A stretch of DNA of 64,000 bases from Octopus sinensis (lineage: Eukaryota), in NCBI RefSeq assembly GCF_006345805.1, contig NC_042997.1, positions 44,764,001 through 44,828,000 of the forward strand. The letters are read 5' to 3'. The notes under the pieces were generated by a model. The model saw only the letters and a program-made list of their open reading frames with translations, did no database searches and was not told where the DNA came from. The translations under genes were made by a program, and so were the position numbers. This document shows, in pieces, positions 21,851 through 36,051 of the stretch. Each line of letters begins with the position of its first letter. Positions within the stretch are counted from its first letter, which is position 1.

Positions 21851-23640
21851 GTCAGTTGAAGAAGGAAAAAAAACGCTGAGCTTACCTTTCTCATTTTTCT
21901 CGGTTTTATACTAGAGGAGGAAAGTCCTTAGTACCACCCGCACTAACCCCTCCTCCTCCTTCCTCTCATACAGGAATGGTTCTATCCTGGATTTAAAATT
22001 TTCGGCAGGTCCTTCATTTCCACAATGTGTCCTCTATGTCTTTCTTTTCATTCAAGATACAAGCTTTGTGGCAGTTTGGCTACCGTATCTATGTTTTTAA
22101 TATTATTTTTATATATCTTCGTTTGACGATGGGGCTCATCTAAATATTTATTTTGTGTTTTGTATACGACTATCGTAAGATCCTCCTTCTTGAATAGTTT
22201 TATCGTGCTTAGTCCCATGGTTTCTTTTTTAGGGCTTCCTATAGGTTTTTCCGTAGTTTTTACCATTTTCATTTTTGGAGTCGACGCCATTTTCTGACGG
22301 CATTTACGTGTCACCGTTTGGAAGTCCATTTCTTCTTCTGATAGTATCACAGTAGTTTTTTCTTTTCCTCCGGCATTTCGCTGGTATTAGAGGAGGTGGA
22401 CACCCGATGTGTAACCGCCTCCTTGGCGGGGGCGTCTGCATCTTCACGGTCACCCCTTTTGTAATTGCCTCCTTGGCTGGGGGTGCCGTAATATTGATGT
22501 TTGCCGATGCCCTCTTCGTAACAGCCTCCTTAGCTAGGGGCGCCGGTGCTCCTTTTTCCTAGGGGTTTGCCGACGCCTTCTGCGTAACAGCCTCCTTGGC
22601 TGGAGGTGCCGGCGTTTCTTTTTCCTTCGAAGAGATGGTTGCTTTCTGTGTAATAGCCTCCTTGGCTTGGGGTACCATCTCTTCTTTATCTTCCTCATCC
22701 TTGTTCTTAGGGCATTTTGACATAATGTGCCCTTTCTTGTCACATTTAAAACATCGTGGTCTTCTCCCCTCAACATTTACAGGTAATATAGTCCCCTCCC
22801 CGATATGAATGGTTTCGGGGAGGTTTTCTAAGACTTCGAATGAAGCCTGGGCCAGAATCTCCAGAGTTTGACCCCACCAGTTTTGCGTGGCATCCCTGGA
22901 AACCTGGATGATATTTATTTTTTCCTCCCTGCCGAAAAGGATGGAGACGGCTATCCACGCCGCTTCCACCTCTGGAGGAATATTTTAAATTTTCATTCGG
23001 ACCGTCCTTCTACCTAGATACAGCGACAAAAACAGTATATTTCCACTTTGCACGGTTCGAGTCGAGAAGTCTCTAGCCTTCTCGGCTTCTATTGTCGCAA
23101 ACCTTGTGCCTCTGGCCAGGTATTTGATTTCGTTTAACGCCAGCCAGAGGCATTTTTCGATTGCTGATTCTTCTAAATGTACGAATCTTTTTTTTTTCCC
23201 CAGGATTGAAGACTTTATAAATTATAGTCTTTTCTTTGGTTCTAGTTATCATTTCCCCAGGCGCCGTCAGTTTGCTTTGTCCTTCGGTTTCTGTAATTAG
23301 TCCGAAATACTGTTGTATTTCTTTTTTTTTTATTCAATTTTTTCCCCTTCGCCTACAGCGACGGCAAAATTCAACTTCTTTGGCTGTTCGACCAAAGCCA
23401 TTTCACAATAATAATAATTTCACAGAAAAATATACGAGAATAGAAAAATAGTCTTCCGCGAGGAATGCAGTTAAACAAGTTACACAAAAATTTTTCTACA
23501 CTTCCTCCAAGGGAGAGGACAACAAAAATTATTCACAATAGAATAATAAATCAACGTTTCCCTACGGAAACCACAAACAGAAAAACAAATTCCTTTGAAA
23601 GATGACACACAGACAGACACTGAGTGAACAGACAGGCAAG
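21632..23640 (-). mobile_element. L1/Tx1-like element E with ORF1 and the start of ORF2 (3'-truncated)
   Basis: ORF1 23401-22048 is homologous to copy B (EGRRPRCFKCDKKGHIMSKCP); ORF2 starts at 21850. Confidence 0.78.
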
Positions 23641-24029
23641 AGTGATTTCTTTATTTGCCTATTCAAGACAAACGTAGAGAGGACAAACAATGACAGACTA
23701 GACACCACAAGTGGGGACAAAAACATAAACAGGTGAATGAAAGATGACGATGAAATGTCCACTCGGCCCGACCTCCGAGCAGTACCGTTATCAACTATAT
23801 TTTACCTCTGTTTTAAAACTTACGTTTATCAAAATAGATATCTTAATAAATGAAATGTGTTTTTAATTTTCAAGTTCTACCTCAGGATGGTAGATAGTCG
23901 TACCCAACGGGTTTACTTCGTCACCGAAGCTTGCCTATTGCCTATTCAAGGCATATACATAGGGGAAAAAACAAAGACATACAAGACATCCCCAGAGGGG
24001 ACCAAAATTATAAACGGATGAATAAAATT
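23641..24029 (-). mobile_element. Two short Tx1-like 3'-end fragments
   Basis: Both end ...ttgaataggcaa(ataaagaaatcact) on the minus strand (23645-23790 and 23935-24029). Confidence 0.5.
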
Positions 24030-24120
24030 AACTATATTTGCCTCTATTTTTAAGCTTACGTTTATCACAATAGATATCTTAATAGATAAAATGTGATTCT
24101 AATTTTTCATTTTCTAGCAC

Positions 24121-24300
24121 CTGATCACCATCCACGTAGCGTCGGAAGTACCTCAGCCTCAACGCATGCTTGCGCATCATTGGCCAAGGCAACGCCAGTC
24201 CTCCCTTTAACGGTTTCTGGCAGCAGATGGAGCACCCCACAAGTGGTGGCTTCCCCTTCCACAAAAAGCGGAAAAAGATCCGTTCTAACTTGGTCAGTCA
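24121..24300 (-). pseudogene. L1/Tx1 ORF2 post-RT fragment
   Basis: [38 protein letters not shown] fits the L1-clade FLW.G...GGL.LP motif. Confidence 0.75.
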
Positions 24301-27300
24301 TCCACCGATCCATACACCCATCCATCCATCCATCCATCCATCCACCCACCCATCCACCCACCCATCCATCCATCCATCCACCCATTCATCCATCCACACA
24401 CCAATCCATCCATCCAACCATCCATCCATCCATCCACCCATCCATCCATCCACCCATCAATCCATCAATCCATCCATCCATCCACCCATCCATCCACCCA
24501 TCCACCAATCCATCCATCCATCCATCCACCAATCCATCCACCCATCCTACAATCCAGCCATCCATCAATCCATCCATCCATCAATCCATCCATCCTCCAT
24601 CCATCCACCCATCCATCCACCCATCAATCCACCCATCAATCCACCCATCCATCCATCCATCCACCCATCCAACCATCCATCCATCCATTCACCCATCCAT
24701 TCATCAATCCATCCACCCATCCATCTATCCATCCATCCATTCACCCAACCATTAATCCATCCATCCACCCATCCATGGACGGATAGGTGGATGGATGAAT
24801 GGATGGATGGGTGGATGGATGGATGGATGGATGGATGGGTGGATTGATGGGTGGATCATCGATGGGTGGGGGATGGATGGAGGGATAGGTGGATGGATGG
24901 ATGGATGGTGGATGGATGGATGGGTGGAGGGGTGGAGGGATGGATGGGTGGATGGATGGATTGATGGGTGGATGAATGGAGGGATGTATGGATGGATGGA
25001 TCGGTGGATGGATGGATGGATGGATGGATGAATGGATGGATGGATGGGTGGATGGATGGACGTGTGGATGTATGGATGGATGGATGAATGGATGGGTGGA
25101 TGGATGGTTGAATGGATGGGTGGATGGATGGATGGATAGATGGATTGATTGATGGATGGATGGATAGATGGATGGATGGGTGGATGGATGGATGGGTGGA
25201 TGGATGGATGGATGGATTGATGAATGGATGGGTGGATGCCTGGATGGAGGGATCGATGGGTGGATGGATGGATTGGTGGATTGACGGTGGATGGATGGAT
25301 GGGTCGATGTATGGATGGATGGGTGGATGGATAGATGGATTGTTGGATGGGTGGATGTATGGATGGATTGATGGGTGGATCATGGATGGGTGGGTGGATA
25401 GATGGAGGGATAGGTTGATGGATGGATGGATGGGTGGAGGGATGGATGAATGGATGGATGGATGGATGGATTGATGGGTGGATGGATGGATGGATGGTTG
25501 GATGGATGGATGGATTTATGGATTGGTGGATGGATGGATGGGTGGAGGATAGATGGGTGGATCCATCCATCCATACATCTACCCATCCATTCATCCATTC
25601 ATCCATACATCCACCCATCCATTCATCCGTCCATACATCCACACATCCATCCATCCATCCATCCATCCACCCATCCAACCATTCATCCATCCACCCATCC
25701 ATCCATCCATACATCCATTCATCTATCCATCCATCCATCCATCTGTCCATCCATCCACCCATCCATCCATCCACCAATCCACCCATTAATCCATCCATCC
25801 ACCCATCTATCCATCCATACATCTACCCATCCATCCTTCCAACAATCCATCCATCCATCCATCCATCCACCCACCCATCCATTCATCCATCCACCCATCC
25901 GTTCATCCATCAATCCACCCATCCATTCAACCATCGATCGATCCACCCATCCATCCATCCACCCATCCACCCATCCATTCATCCTTCCACCCATCCATCC
26001 ATCCACCATCCACCGATCCATTCATCCTTCCACCCATCCATCCATTCATCCATCCATCCATCCTTCCACCCATCCATCCACCCATCCATCCACCCATCCA
26101 TCCACCCATCCATCGATCCACCCATCCATTCATCCATCCATCCACCCATCCATTCATCCATCCACCCATCCATTCATCCATCCATCCATCCATTCATCCA
26201 TCCATACATCCACACGTCCATCCATCCACCCATCCATCTATCCATGCATCCATCCGACCATCCATGATCCATCCATCCATCAATCCACCCATCCATCCAT
26301 CCATCTACCCATCCACCCATCCATCCACCCAGCCATCCATCCATCTACACATCCATCCATTCATCCATCCACCCATCCATCCATCCACCATCCATCCATC
26401 CACCCACCCATCCACCCATCCATTCATCCATCCATCCATCCACCCATCCATTCATCCATCCATCCACCCATCCACACGTCCATCCATCCACCCATCCATC
26501 CATTCATCCATCCATCAATCCATCCACCCATCCATCCATTCATCCATCCACCCATCCATCTATCCATCCATCCATACATCTATCCATCCACCCATCCATC
26601 CATCCACCAATCCACTCATTAATCCATCCATCCACCCATCCACCAATCCATCCATCCATCCACACATCCATCCATCCATCCATCCATCCATCCACCCATC
26701 CACCAATCCATCCATCCATCCATCCATCCACCAATCCATCCACCCATCCTACAATCCAGCCATCCATCAATCCATCCATCCATCAATCCATCCATCCTCC
26801 ATCCATCCACCCATCCATCCACCCTACCATCCATCCATCCATCCACCCATCCATCCACCCATCAATCCACCCATCAATCCACCCATCCATCCATCCATCC
26901 ACCCATCCACCCATCCATCCATCCATTCACCCATCCTTTCATCAATCCATCCACCCATCCATCCATTCACCCACCCATTAATCCATCCATCCACCCATCC
27001 ATGGATGGATAGGTGGATGGATGAATGGATGGATGGGTGGATGGATGGATGGATGGATGGATGGGTGGATTGATGGGTGAATCATCGATGGGTGGGGGAT
27101 GGATGGAGGAATAGGTGGATGGATGGATGGGTGGAGGGATGGATGGATGGATGGGTGGATGGATGGATGGATTGATGGGTGGATGAATGGAGGGATGTAT
27201 GGATGGATGGATGGGTGGATGGATGGATGGATGGGTGGATGGATGGACGTGTGGATGTATGGATGGATGAATGGATGGGTGGATGGATGGATGGATGGGT

Positions 27301-29174
27301 GGATGGATGGTTGAATGGATGGGTGGATGGATGGATGGGTGGATGGATGGATGGATGGATTGATGAATGGATGGGTGGATGCCTGGATGGAGGGATCGAT
27401 GGATGGATGGGTGGATGGATGGATTTGTGGATTGACGGGTGGATGGATGGATGGGTCGATGTATGGATGGATGGGTGGATGAATAGATGGATTGGTGGTT
27501 GGGTGGATGTATGGATGTATGGATGGACGGGTGGATTGATGGGTGGATCATGGATGGGTGGGTGGATGGATGGAGGGATAGGTTGATGGATGGATGGATG
27601 GGTGGAGGGATGGATGGATGAATGGATGGATGGATGGATTGATGGGTGGATGGATGGATGGATGGTTGGATGGATGGATTTATGGATTGGTGGATGGATG
27701 GATGGGTGGATGGATAGATGGGTGGATCCATCCATCCATACATCTACCCATCCATTCATCCATACATCCACCCATCCATTCATCCGTCCATACATCCACA
27801 CATCCATCCATCCATCCATCCACCCATCCATCCATTCATCCATCCACCCATCCATCCATCCATCCATCAATCCATCCATCTATCCATCCATCCATCCATC
27901 TGTCCATCCATCCACCCATCCATCCATCCACCAATCCACCCATTAATCCATCCATCCACCCATCTATCCATCCATACATCTACCTATCCATCCTTCCAAC
28001 AATCCATCCATCCATCCATCCACCCACCCATCCATTCATCCATCCACCCATCCGTTCATCCATCAATCCACCCATCCATTCAACCATCGATCGATCCACC
28101 ATCCATCCATCCACCCATCCACCCATCCATTCATCCTTCCACCCATCCATCCATCCACCCATCCACCCATCCATTCATCCTTCCACCCATCCATCCATCC
28201 ATTCATCCATCCATCCATCCTTCCACCCATCCATCCATCCACCCATCCATCCACCCATCCATCCATCCATCCACCCATCCATTCATCCATTCATCCATCC
28301 ACCCATCCATTCATCCATCCATCCATCCATTCATCCATCCATACATCCACACGTCCATCCATCCACCCATCCATCTATCCATGCATCCATCCGACCATCC
28401 ATGATCCATCCATCAATCCACCCATCCATCCATCCATCCATCCATCTACCCATCCACCCATCCATCCACCCAGTCATCCATCCATCTACACATCCATCCA
28501 TTCATCCATCCACCCATCCATCCATCATCCATCCATCCATCCACCATCCATCCATCCACCCATCCATCCATCCATCCATCCATCCACCTATCCTTCCATC
28601 CATCCACCCACCCATCCACCCATCCATTCATCCATCCATCGATCCACCCATCCATTCATCCATCCATCCACCCATCCACACGTCCATCCATCCACCCATC
28701 CATCCATCCATTCATCCATCCACCCATCCATCCATCCATCCATCAATCAATCCACCCATCCATCTATCCATCCATCCATACATCTATCCATCCACCCATC
28801 CATCCATCCACCAATCCACTCAGTAATCCATCCATCCACCCATCCACCAATCCCTCCATCCATCCATCCACACATCCATCCATCCATCCACCCATCCATC
28901 CATCCATCCTCCCATCCATTCATCCAATCATCCATCCATCCATCCATCCACCCATCCATCCATCCATCCATCCACCCATCCATCCATCCATCCACCCATC
29001 CATCCATCCACCCATCCATCCAACCATCCATCCATCCATCCACCCATCCATCCACCAATCCATCCATCCATCCATCCATCCATCCACCCATCCATCCATC
29101 CATCCACCCATCCATTCATCCATCCATCCATCCATCCATCCATTCATCCATCCACCCATCCATCCACCCATCCA
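24299..29174. repeat. (CCAT/CCAC)n satellite, ~4.9 kb, with four strand switches
   Basis: CCAT and GGAT blocks alternate at ~24775, 25561, 27001 and 27726. Confidence 0.97.
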
Positions 29175-29225
29175 TTGTCGTACTAGACTGGTATCATTAC
29201 ATTTTTAACGTGCTTTACTCATATT

Positions 29226-29420
29226 TAGGTATACTCTTTTACTTGTTTGAGTCATTTGACTGCAGCCATGCTGGAGCACCGCCTTTAGCCGAGCAAATCA
29301 ACTCCGGTACTTATTCTTTGTAAGCCCAGTACTTATTCTATTGGTCTCTTATGCCGAACCGCTAAGTGACGGGGACGTAAACACCCCAGCATTAGTTGTC
29401 AAGCAATGCTAGGGGGACAA

Positions 29421-29453
<33 letters not shown>

Positions 29454-29618
29454 CATATATACGACGGGCTTCTTTCAGTTTCCGTCTACCAAATCCACTC
29501 ACAAGGCATTGGTCGGCCCGGGGCTATAGCAGAAGACACTTGCTTAAGATGCCACGCAGTGGGACTGAACCCGGAACCATGTGGCTGGTTAGCAAGCTAC
29601 TTACCACACAGCCACTCC
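29226..29618 (-). mobile_element. Full-length tRNA-derived SINE (first family)
   Basis: Same family as 10694-11118. Confidence 0.88.
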
Positions 29619-29739
29619 TGGTTGACAGTATGTGTGCACTTCGATATTTTTTTTGAGGGGGGGCATATAAAAAACCATATGCACACATGCAGACTACATC
29701 CTTCCCCTCCCTCTTTGTCTGCCCATCCACTTGAGTAGG

Positions 29740-30165
29740 TATAAACGCATACAGGACCATGTGCTTAAGAAATTTGCTTCCTAACCACATAGCTTTGGGT
29801 TGAATTCCGCTGCATGGCACCTTGAACAAGTCTCTTCTGCTATAGCCTCGGGCCAACAAAAGCCTTGTGAGTCAATTTGGTAGACGGAAACTGAAAGAAG
29901 CCCGTCATATATATATATATATATACATATACATATGTTTGTATATATCTGTGTGTGTGTGTATCTGTGTTTGTACCCCCATCACCACTTGACAACCGGT
30001 GTTTCTGTGTTTATATCCCTGTAACTTAGTGGTTCAGCAAAAGATATTGATAAAATAAGTACTAGGCTTCAGAAAATAAGCCCTGGGGTTGATTTGTTCC
30101 ACTGAAACCTTTTAAAGTTGTGCTCCAACAAGGCTACAGTCAAATGATTGAAAAAAGTAAAAGAA
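29740..30165 (+). mobile_element. Older, diverged SINE of the first family
   Basis: Colinear but diverged head, core and tail; a further tail fragment lies at ~30190-30378. Confidence 0.7.
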
Positions 30166-31477
30166 TATATATGAGGTTTTTGGCCCTACTATAGTTTGAC
30201 AACTAGTGTTGGTTTGTTTATGCCCCCATAATCTGCTGATTTGGCAAAAAATCACACACAAAAACAAAGAATAAATACCAGGTTTAAAAAAATAAGTACT
30301 GAGGTTAATTTGTTTGACTAAACCTGTCAAAGTGTTACTCCAGCATGGCCACAGTTTAATGACTGAAACAAGTAAAAGACAGCAGATAAAAAAAATATGA
30401 CAAACATTATATAACTGAATCCACTTGACTAATAATAGATGTCATTGGAGTCTGGGGCAGCGCAATATATTCGATGTACATCCAGAAAGATTATCTCTAT
30501 GTAATCATTGGTTGATACAAAGAACTAAGGAAAGCCTCAAAGAAAAACATAACTAGGTGAAGCAAGTGTGCTTTTGAATCGCAAGGAGTGTGGAAGTCAA
30601 GGACTTAACTCTATGAGGTTTGTTGGCAAACATCTATAGGACTCCCTACATGACTCTTCCGACATGGCTCTCAATACTTTGGGCCAATGTGTACCAGCTG
30701 CCCCACCACAACTTCACTGAGGCTTTCAGACTATGAGATTTATGATATTCATCTTCCACTTGTTTCAGTTATCAGACTGTGGCCATGCTGGGGCACTGCC
30801 TTGATTTTATGATCATTGTCTATTCAGCATTTGATAGTGGATTGAGTATCAAACAAAATGTCCTATTCAATTACTTTACATTCTGAGTTCAAACGCTGAT
30901 GAGGTGAACTTTACCTTGCTTCATTTCAGAGACATCCACTGTGAATTCTTTTGGCCTCCACCTATTGTCATGTTGTTATAGAGATGGCTGCCTTCCATGT
31001 CATGATGCTCTCAACAAGATCATAACGCATGGCCTTGATGCAGCCAGCTTCCTTTTCCAGCTTCAACCAGTGGGGCTAGATCAAGGGGATGGAAAAAAAG
31101 GCCTGATGATTTGACAATTTTCCTGTTCTGTGGAAAATTGTCGACTGCATATGGCTTTCCTCATCAGGAATGCCAGTGGCAACTTGGTGAGTGTTCAGTG
31201 ACCAACCCATGCTCAGCAGGCTGAGAGGGGCAAACTGTTAAAATATTGGCCGCTCTCTGATAGGTTTATGGTTGAGCCTGTAGGAATGGAGACCTCTAGC
31301 ATTCTCTACTGGGACCATAAGGTGGATTGACAAGCCATTTTAGCTATCTAATTTCTGTGAGGAAGAGGAAAGATATGATGATTTAAGCTGGGCCCTTTAT
31401 CAAACTTCAATATTATTTACCAATTTATAAAATTTACTTCATGGTTAAGATGGTATCTTAATAGCTTGCCAGCGCCG

Positions 31478-31817
31478 CCCCCGACTGGCCTCGTGCCGGT
31501 GGCACGTAAAAAGCACCATCCGTTCGTGTCCGTTGCCAGCCTCGCCTGGCCCTCGTGCCGGTGGCACATAAAAAGCACCATCCGTTCATGGCCGTTTGCC
31601 AGCTCTGTCTGGCACCTGTGCGGGTGGCACGTAAAAAGCACCCACTACACTCACGGAGTGGTTGACGTTAGGAAGGGCATCCAGCCGTAGAAACACTGCC
31701 AGATCTGACTGGGCCTGATGAAGCCTTCCAGCTTCACAGACCCCAGTTGAACCGTCCAACCCATGCTAGCATGGAAAACGGACGCTAAACGATGAGGATG
31801 ATGATGATGATGATGAT
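31478..31817 (+). mobile_element. SINE with RTE-like tail, internal triplication of the ggcacgtaaaaagcacc unit
   Basis: Related to 7910-8162; (GAT)n end. Confidence 0.75.
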
Positions 31818-32102
31818 AAACTAATCAAGTAATGAGGTTGATTTATTTTCTTATAGTGTATTTCAAATGTGAATGGAATAAAAATGGAAGAAAATCTTAG
31901 TTTTCTTCTAAATAAAAAAAAATCTTAATAATAGAAGAAAATCTTAATTGGTAGAAACAAGTTTTGGTATCTCAATATTGGCTAATTTAATCTGCATACA
32001 AAAATACAGACATACTACATACATACAACTGCTAACAAAAATACAGACTAATGTAAATTTTTTCTTTGTTCATAATTTTTTGATTACAATATTGAAAAAA
32101 AA

Positions 32103-32546
32103 TATGCCCCCAAAGAAGAAATGTAATCTTTCCAGAAAAATCTATCAAGCAAGGAGGATTTTAGAAAACCGAAGCCAAGAGTCTCAAGAGATAAGGGACA
32201 TGAAACTTTCTCAAGATCAGCAAAGGCCATGCTGCAGCATGTCTGATGGAGTCTCAAGACAGAAGGGAGATGAGACTTTCTCAAGATCAGCAAAGGCCAT
32301 GCTGCAGCATTTAATGTTGAATCATTAAAACAATGTTTAGCATACCAGATTACACAGAGGTCCAGTAGAATAGCTCTCAGAAACAGACTAAATTCGTTCT
32401 TCACGACTCCTGGAGCTGCTTTCAGATATGATCCATCCCATTCTCATAAAAATTATAATTCTGTCCAAATTCATGTGTTAAACTCAAATTGTCGTTTCTG
32501 CAAAGCTTTAAAATTTACTCCATAATGTTTTGTTGTCATGCTGCAC
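32103..32546 (+). pseudogene. Degenerate Helitron RepHel N-terminal fragment
   Basis: MPPKKKCNLSRK...ESQEIRDMKLSQDQQR repeats, then AAFRYDP...NCRFCKALKF...MFCCH, resembling the Helitron N-terminal C..C.A.KF....CC zinc motif. Confidence 0.55.
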
Positions 32547-32641
32547 TTTCCTGTATCACCTGTTTCAACACAACAATAATATATATATATATATATAATA
32601 ATAATGATAATAATAATAACAATAATAATAACAATAATAAT

Positions 32642-33184
32642 TTGCCCTGATGCAGTACCAGGCAGTGGCTCTCATGGCTTCTGATCTTAACTGATTGGAA
32701 GTGTTATCATGTACATTGTTTTGTCTTGGTATAAAAGATGGGCTACAGCAAATATTCTGCTCAATACCACAGATTTGCTTGTCAGTTATTTGACCTTAAC
32801 CAGTTGAGCATGTCCCTTAGTGGCTGACGATATGTGCATCTCTGATCACGAGCAGAAGTAGTGGGGGAGCATCATAGCCATGTGTTGAGAGGGATTCTTT
32901 GGGGTTTGAATAATTCACCTCTGGAAACATGGGTGGTTCTTTCAACATCCTTAAACAACCCTTATTCAGGGACCTTTTGAGCGGGATGGGCTACTCAACC
33001 TGAAGAAAATTCTAACAGGGCCCCACCTGCAAGGTCATGTGCTGTTTATCTTGATATGAGATCACCATGTTGCGCACATATGGTTGTGATGCATGTGCCT
33101 GGTGTACCCTTATCAGACGGGTAGTCATGATGGGTATATTGGGCTTCGTATATTTTACCCCAGTGTCACTTTGATGGCATGCAC
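32642..33184. repeat. Unclassified ~540-bp sequence between (AAT)n tracts
   Basis: Higher-GC block with sharp boundaries against (AAT)n on both sides; no ORF; family unknown. Confidence 0.4.
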
Positions 33185-33539
33185 AATAATAATAATAGTA
33201 GTAGTAGTAGGGAATATAATTTCAAACTTACAGGGAAAAATTCAATTTAGCAATTCTAAATCAAATTTCACAATATATAATATATGTATATAATTTAGAG
33301 AAAAACTTCTAAGACATTCAATAGTGAAAGACATTATTCACACCATATAGAAAAAGTTAAATATACTATAAAAAACATTATTCTTAAAATCAATAGAGTA
33401 CATAAACAATAAATAAATAGTAAATAGACTACACGCATTTTGTGGCTATATTTTTGAATAGATAATAATAATAAAATCAATTTGATTAAAACTAAATTGA
33501 TTTATAATTCTATTTAAAAATATAGTCACTCATCAGGTC

Positions 33540-33589
<50 letters not shown>

Positions 33590-33814
33590 TAATAATATAA
33601 ACAATATAAATAATATAATATATGTACTTATCTTAACTTATAAATTAACTAATAAATATAGAAAAATACGTGTTTTAACAATAAATAATAGAATAAAATT
33701 TAACAGTATTTCTTAAAATAAAAACATTACTTATCGAAGAAATGCTGTTATCTAAAATTTTAAACGTAATATGTAGAACTTAGTGTTTATAAGAAATTTA
33801 TCATTTATAAGAAA

Positions 33815-34212
33815 CTAGCAGTATCGCCCGGCGTTGCTCGGGTTTGTAAGGGAAATAACTATATAAGCCTTTTTAGAGATGTAAAGTATAATAGCCATCT
33901 CAATATGGCTAACCACAAAGTGGGGTGTTACTGTAGCTTTTTACGTTCTGAGATTTAATAATAGATTTTTAGAGAGTTACTTCCCTTATATAATTGCAAA
34001 AAAAATGCATTAAAAATGGGAAAAATGATGGTAAATTTTTTTTTAAATCGTAGACTCATCGTAGACGCGTGCTAATACCAAGAAGGGCTCGATATGAATC
34101 ACGACTATAATATACCCGGTTTTGGTTAAACTGCACTGCAAACTGTGGGAGTAGTTAGGAATCTAAATCATAGGAGACAGACAGCACACAACCTCACTTT
34201 TATATATAAAGA
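33815..34212 (-). mobile_element. Non-autonomous Helitron, copy 4
   Basis: Minus strand A|TC...cccgagcaacgccgggcgatactgCTAG|T. Confidence 0.85.
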
Positions 34213-34565
34213 TTTATAGCATGAAAACATGACGTAAGTAAAAATTATAGAATAAATAGATAGAAATATTTATTTAAGCTGTTAAAAAGATAAAATATTC
34301 AAAAACTTTAAAAATATATGAATAGGAAATATGAATTGTAAACCTGTCTATAAAATATAAAGTGGTACGATGAAAAGAACAAAAATATAGTAGTATCTTC
34401 CACACAGTCCTTTTGATTGTTTGAGTTTTTTGAGCTGTTTTATATTCAGTCTATTATTCAAACTGCTTAATTCAGTAGTTTAAATAGGCCACGCCTACTT
34501 TGGATTCCATGTATATGAAACTATCAATAGTGTGGCTTATACTTGTGAGGTGATTATATAAAGCA

Positions 34566-34597
<32 letters not shown>

Positions 34598-34732
34598 CAT
34601 CGTTTAACATCCGTTTTCCGCGCTAGCACGGGTATATATATATATATATATATATATAATAACAATATAATAAATAAATAAAACATATGCATATATACAT
34701 ACATACTTACATCTATATGTATATATACATGC

Positions 34733-34767
<35 letters not shown>

Positions 34768-34948
34768 AGTACAGGACACCACAAATAAACGTAGAACACA
34801 ACGAGAAACAAAAACATAAAATCAAAGAAGGAAACGGACCTATTTTAACAACGATAAAACAGAGTACAGGACAAACAATGCAAGGAAAATTCCCCTTCAT
34901 CAGCTGCCACTGCTTCAACTCAATGCGTGTTTTAAAAAAGTAAGTTTT

Positions 34949-34987
<39 letters not shown>

Positions 34988-35052
34988 GTATGTAACATTA
35001 TTGGTGAATTGAAGAAATGGAGCTGAACGCAGATTGAACAGAAATCGTTTTA

Positions 35053-35143
35053 TTTCATTCTACACGTGTTTCGAAAGGCACAAATTACCAAAATCCGATT
35101 GAATAATGGGACCATATTGTGTCTTTCTCTTCAGGAAGAAAAA
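35053..35143 (-). ncRNA. Type I hammerhead ribozyme (mirror copy)
   Basis: Reverse complement of 35961-36051. Confidence 0.75.
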
Positions 35144-35960
35144 AGGAAATCCGTTGGAAAAACAAAAACAGAACAGAGGCGGAGCAAAAAACAAATCGAA
35201 CTGTGCTCCTAAGAGCCCATGGCGAAACTGTTTATCAGTGTATGTTGAGAACCGGTGGCTGAAGAATTCAACGGGTCAGGCATCGGTCAATCATGTGGGT
35301 GAGGGCGTATAGATGTTCTTTGTGACCGAGAATAAAGTTCTGACTATTTAAGGAATATTGGATGTTTTATAAGGGGCGAGAAAAAATCTACTTAGAGACG
35401 TGTGTGTGTGTATACTGTTCTATATATGTGTGTGTTGGCGTAGGGGTAGAAAACATTTTTTGTGTACGTGTGTGCGTTTGATCGTTCGGCTGTCAGTGGC
35501 TACTGCCGTGATAACCGTTGGGTGGCAGAAAGAAAAAAAAAATATATATATATATAATTTTTTAATTTTTTTCTTTCTGCCACCCAACGGTTATCACGGC
35601 AGTAGCCACTGACAGCCGAACGATCAAACGCACACACGTACACAAAAAATGTTTTCTACCCCTACGCCAACACACACATATATAGAACAGTATACACACA
35701 CACACGTCTCTAAGTAGATTTTTTCTCGCCCCTTATAAAACATCCAATATTCCTTAAATAGTCAGAACTTTATTCTCGGTCACAAAGAACATCTATACAC
35801 CCTCACCCACATGATTGACCGATGCCTGACCCGTTGAATTCTTCAGCCACCGGTTCTCAACATACACTGATAAACAGTTTCGCCATGGGCTCTTAGGAGC
35901 ACAGTTCGATTTGTTTTTTGCTCCGCCTCTGTTCTGTTTTTGTTTTTCCAACGGATTTCC

Positions 35961-36051
35961 TTTTTCTTCCTGAAGAGAAAGACACAATATGGTCCCATTA
36001 TTCAATCGGATTTTGGTAATTTGTGCCTTTCGAAACACGTGTAGAATGAAA
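35961..36051 (+). ncRNA. Type I hammerhead ribozyme
   Basis: CUGAAGA (35970-76), stem II gaaagacacaa/ttgtgcctttc (10/11 bp), GAAAC, palindromic stem III ACACGUGU, GUA cleavage triplet (36041-43), and stem I tttcttc/gaatgaaa with one mismatch. Confidence 0.75.

Noticed and set aside
24093-29171. Many 200-400 aa HPSI/WMDG ORFs
   Set aside because: The tetranucleotide satellite lacks stop codons; these are not proteins.
34880-34935. CUGAUGA-containing hammerhead candidate on the minus strand
   Set aside because: No GAAA or stem III after the putative stem II.
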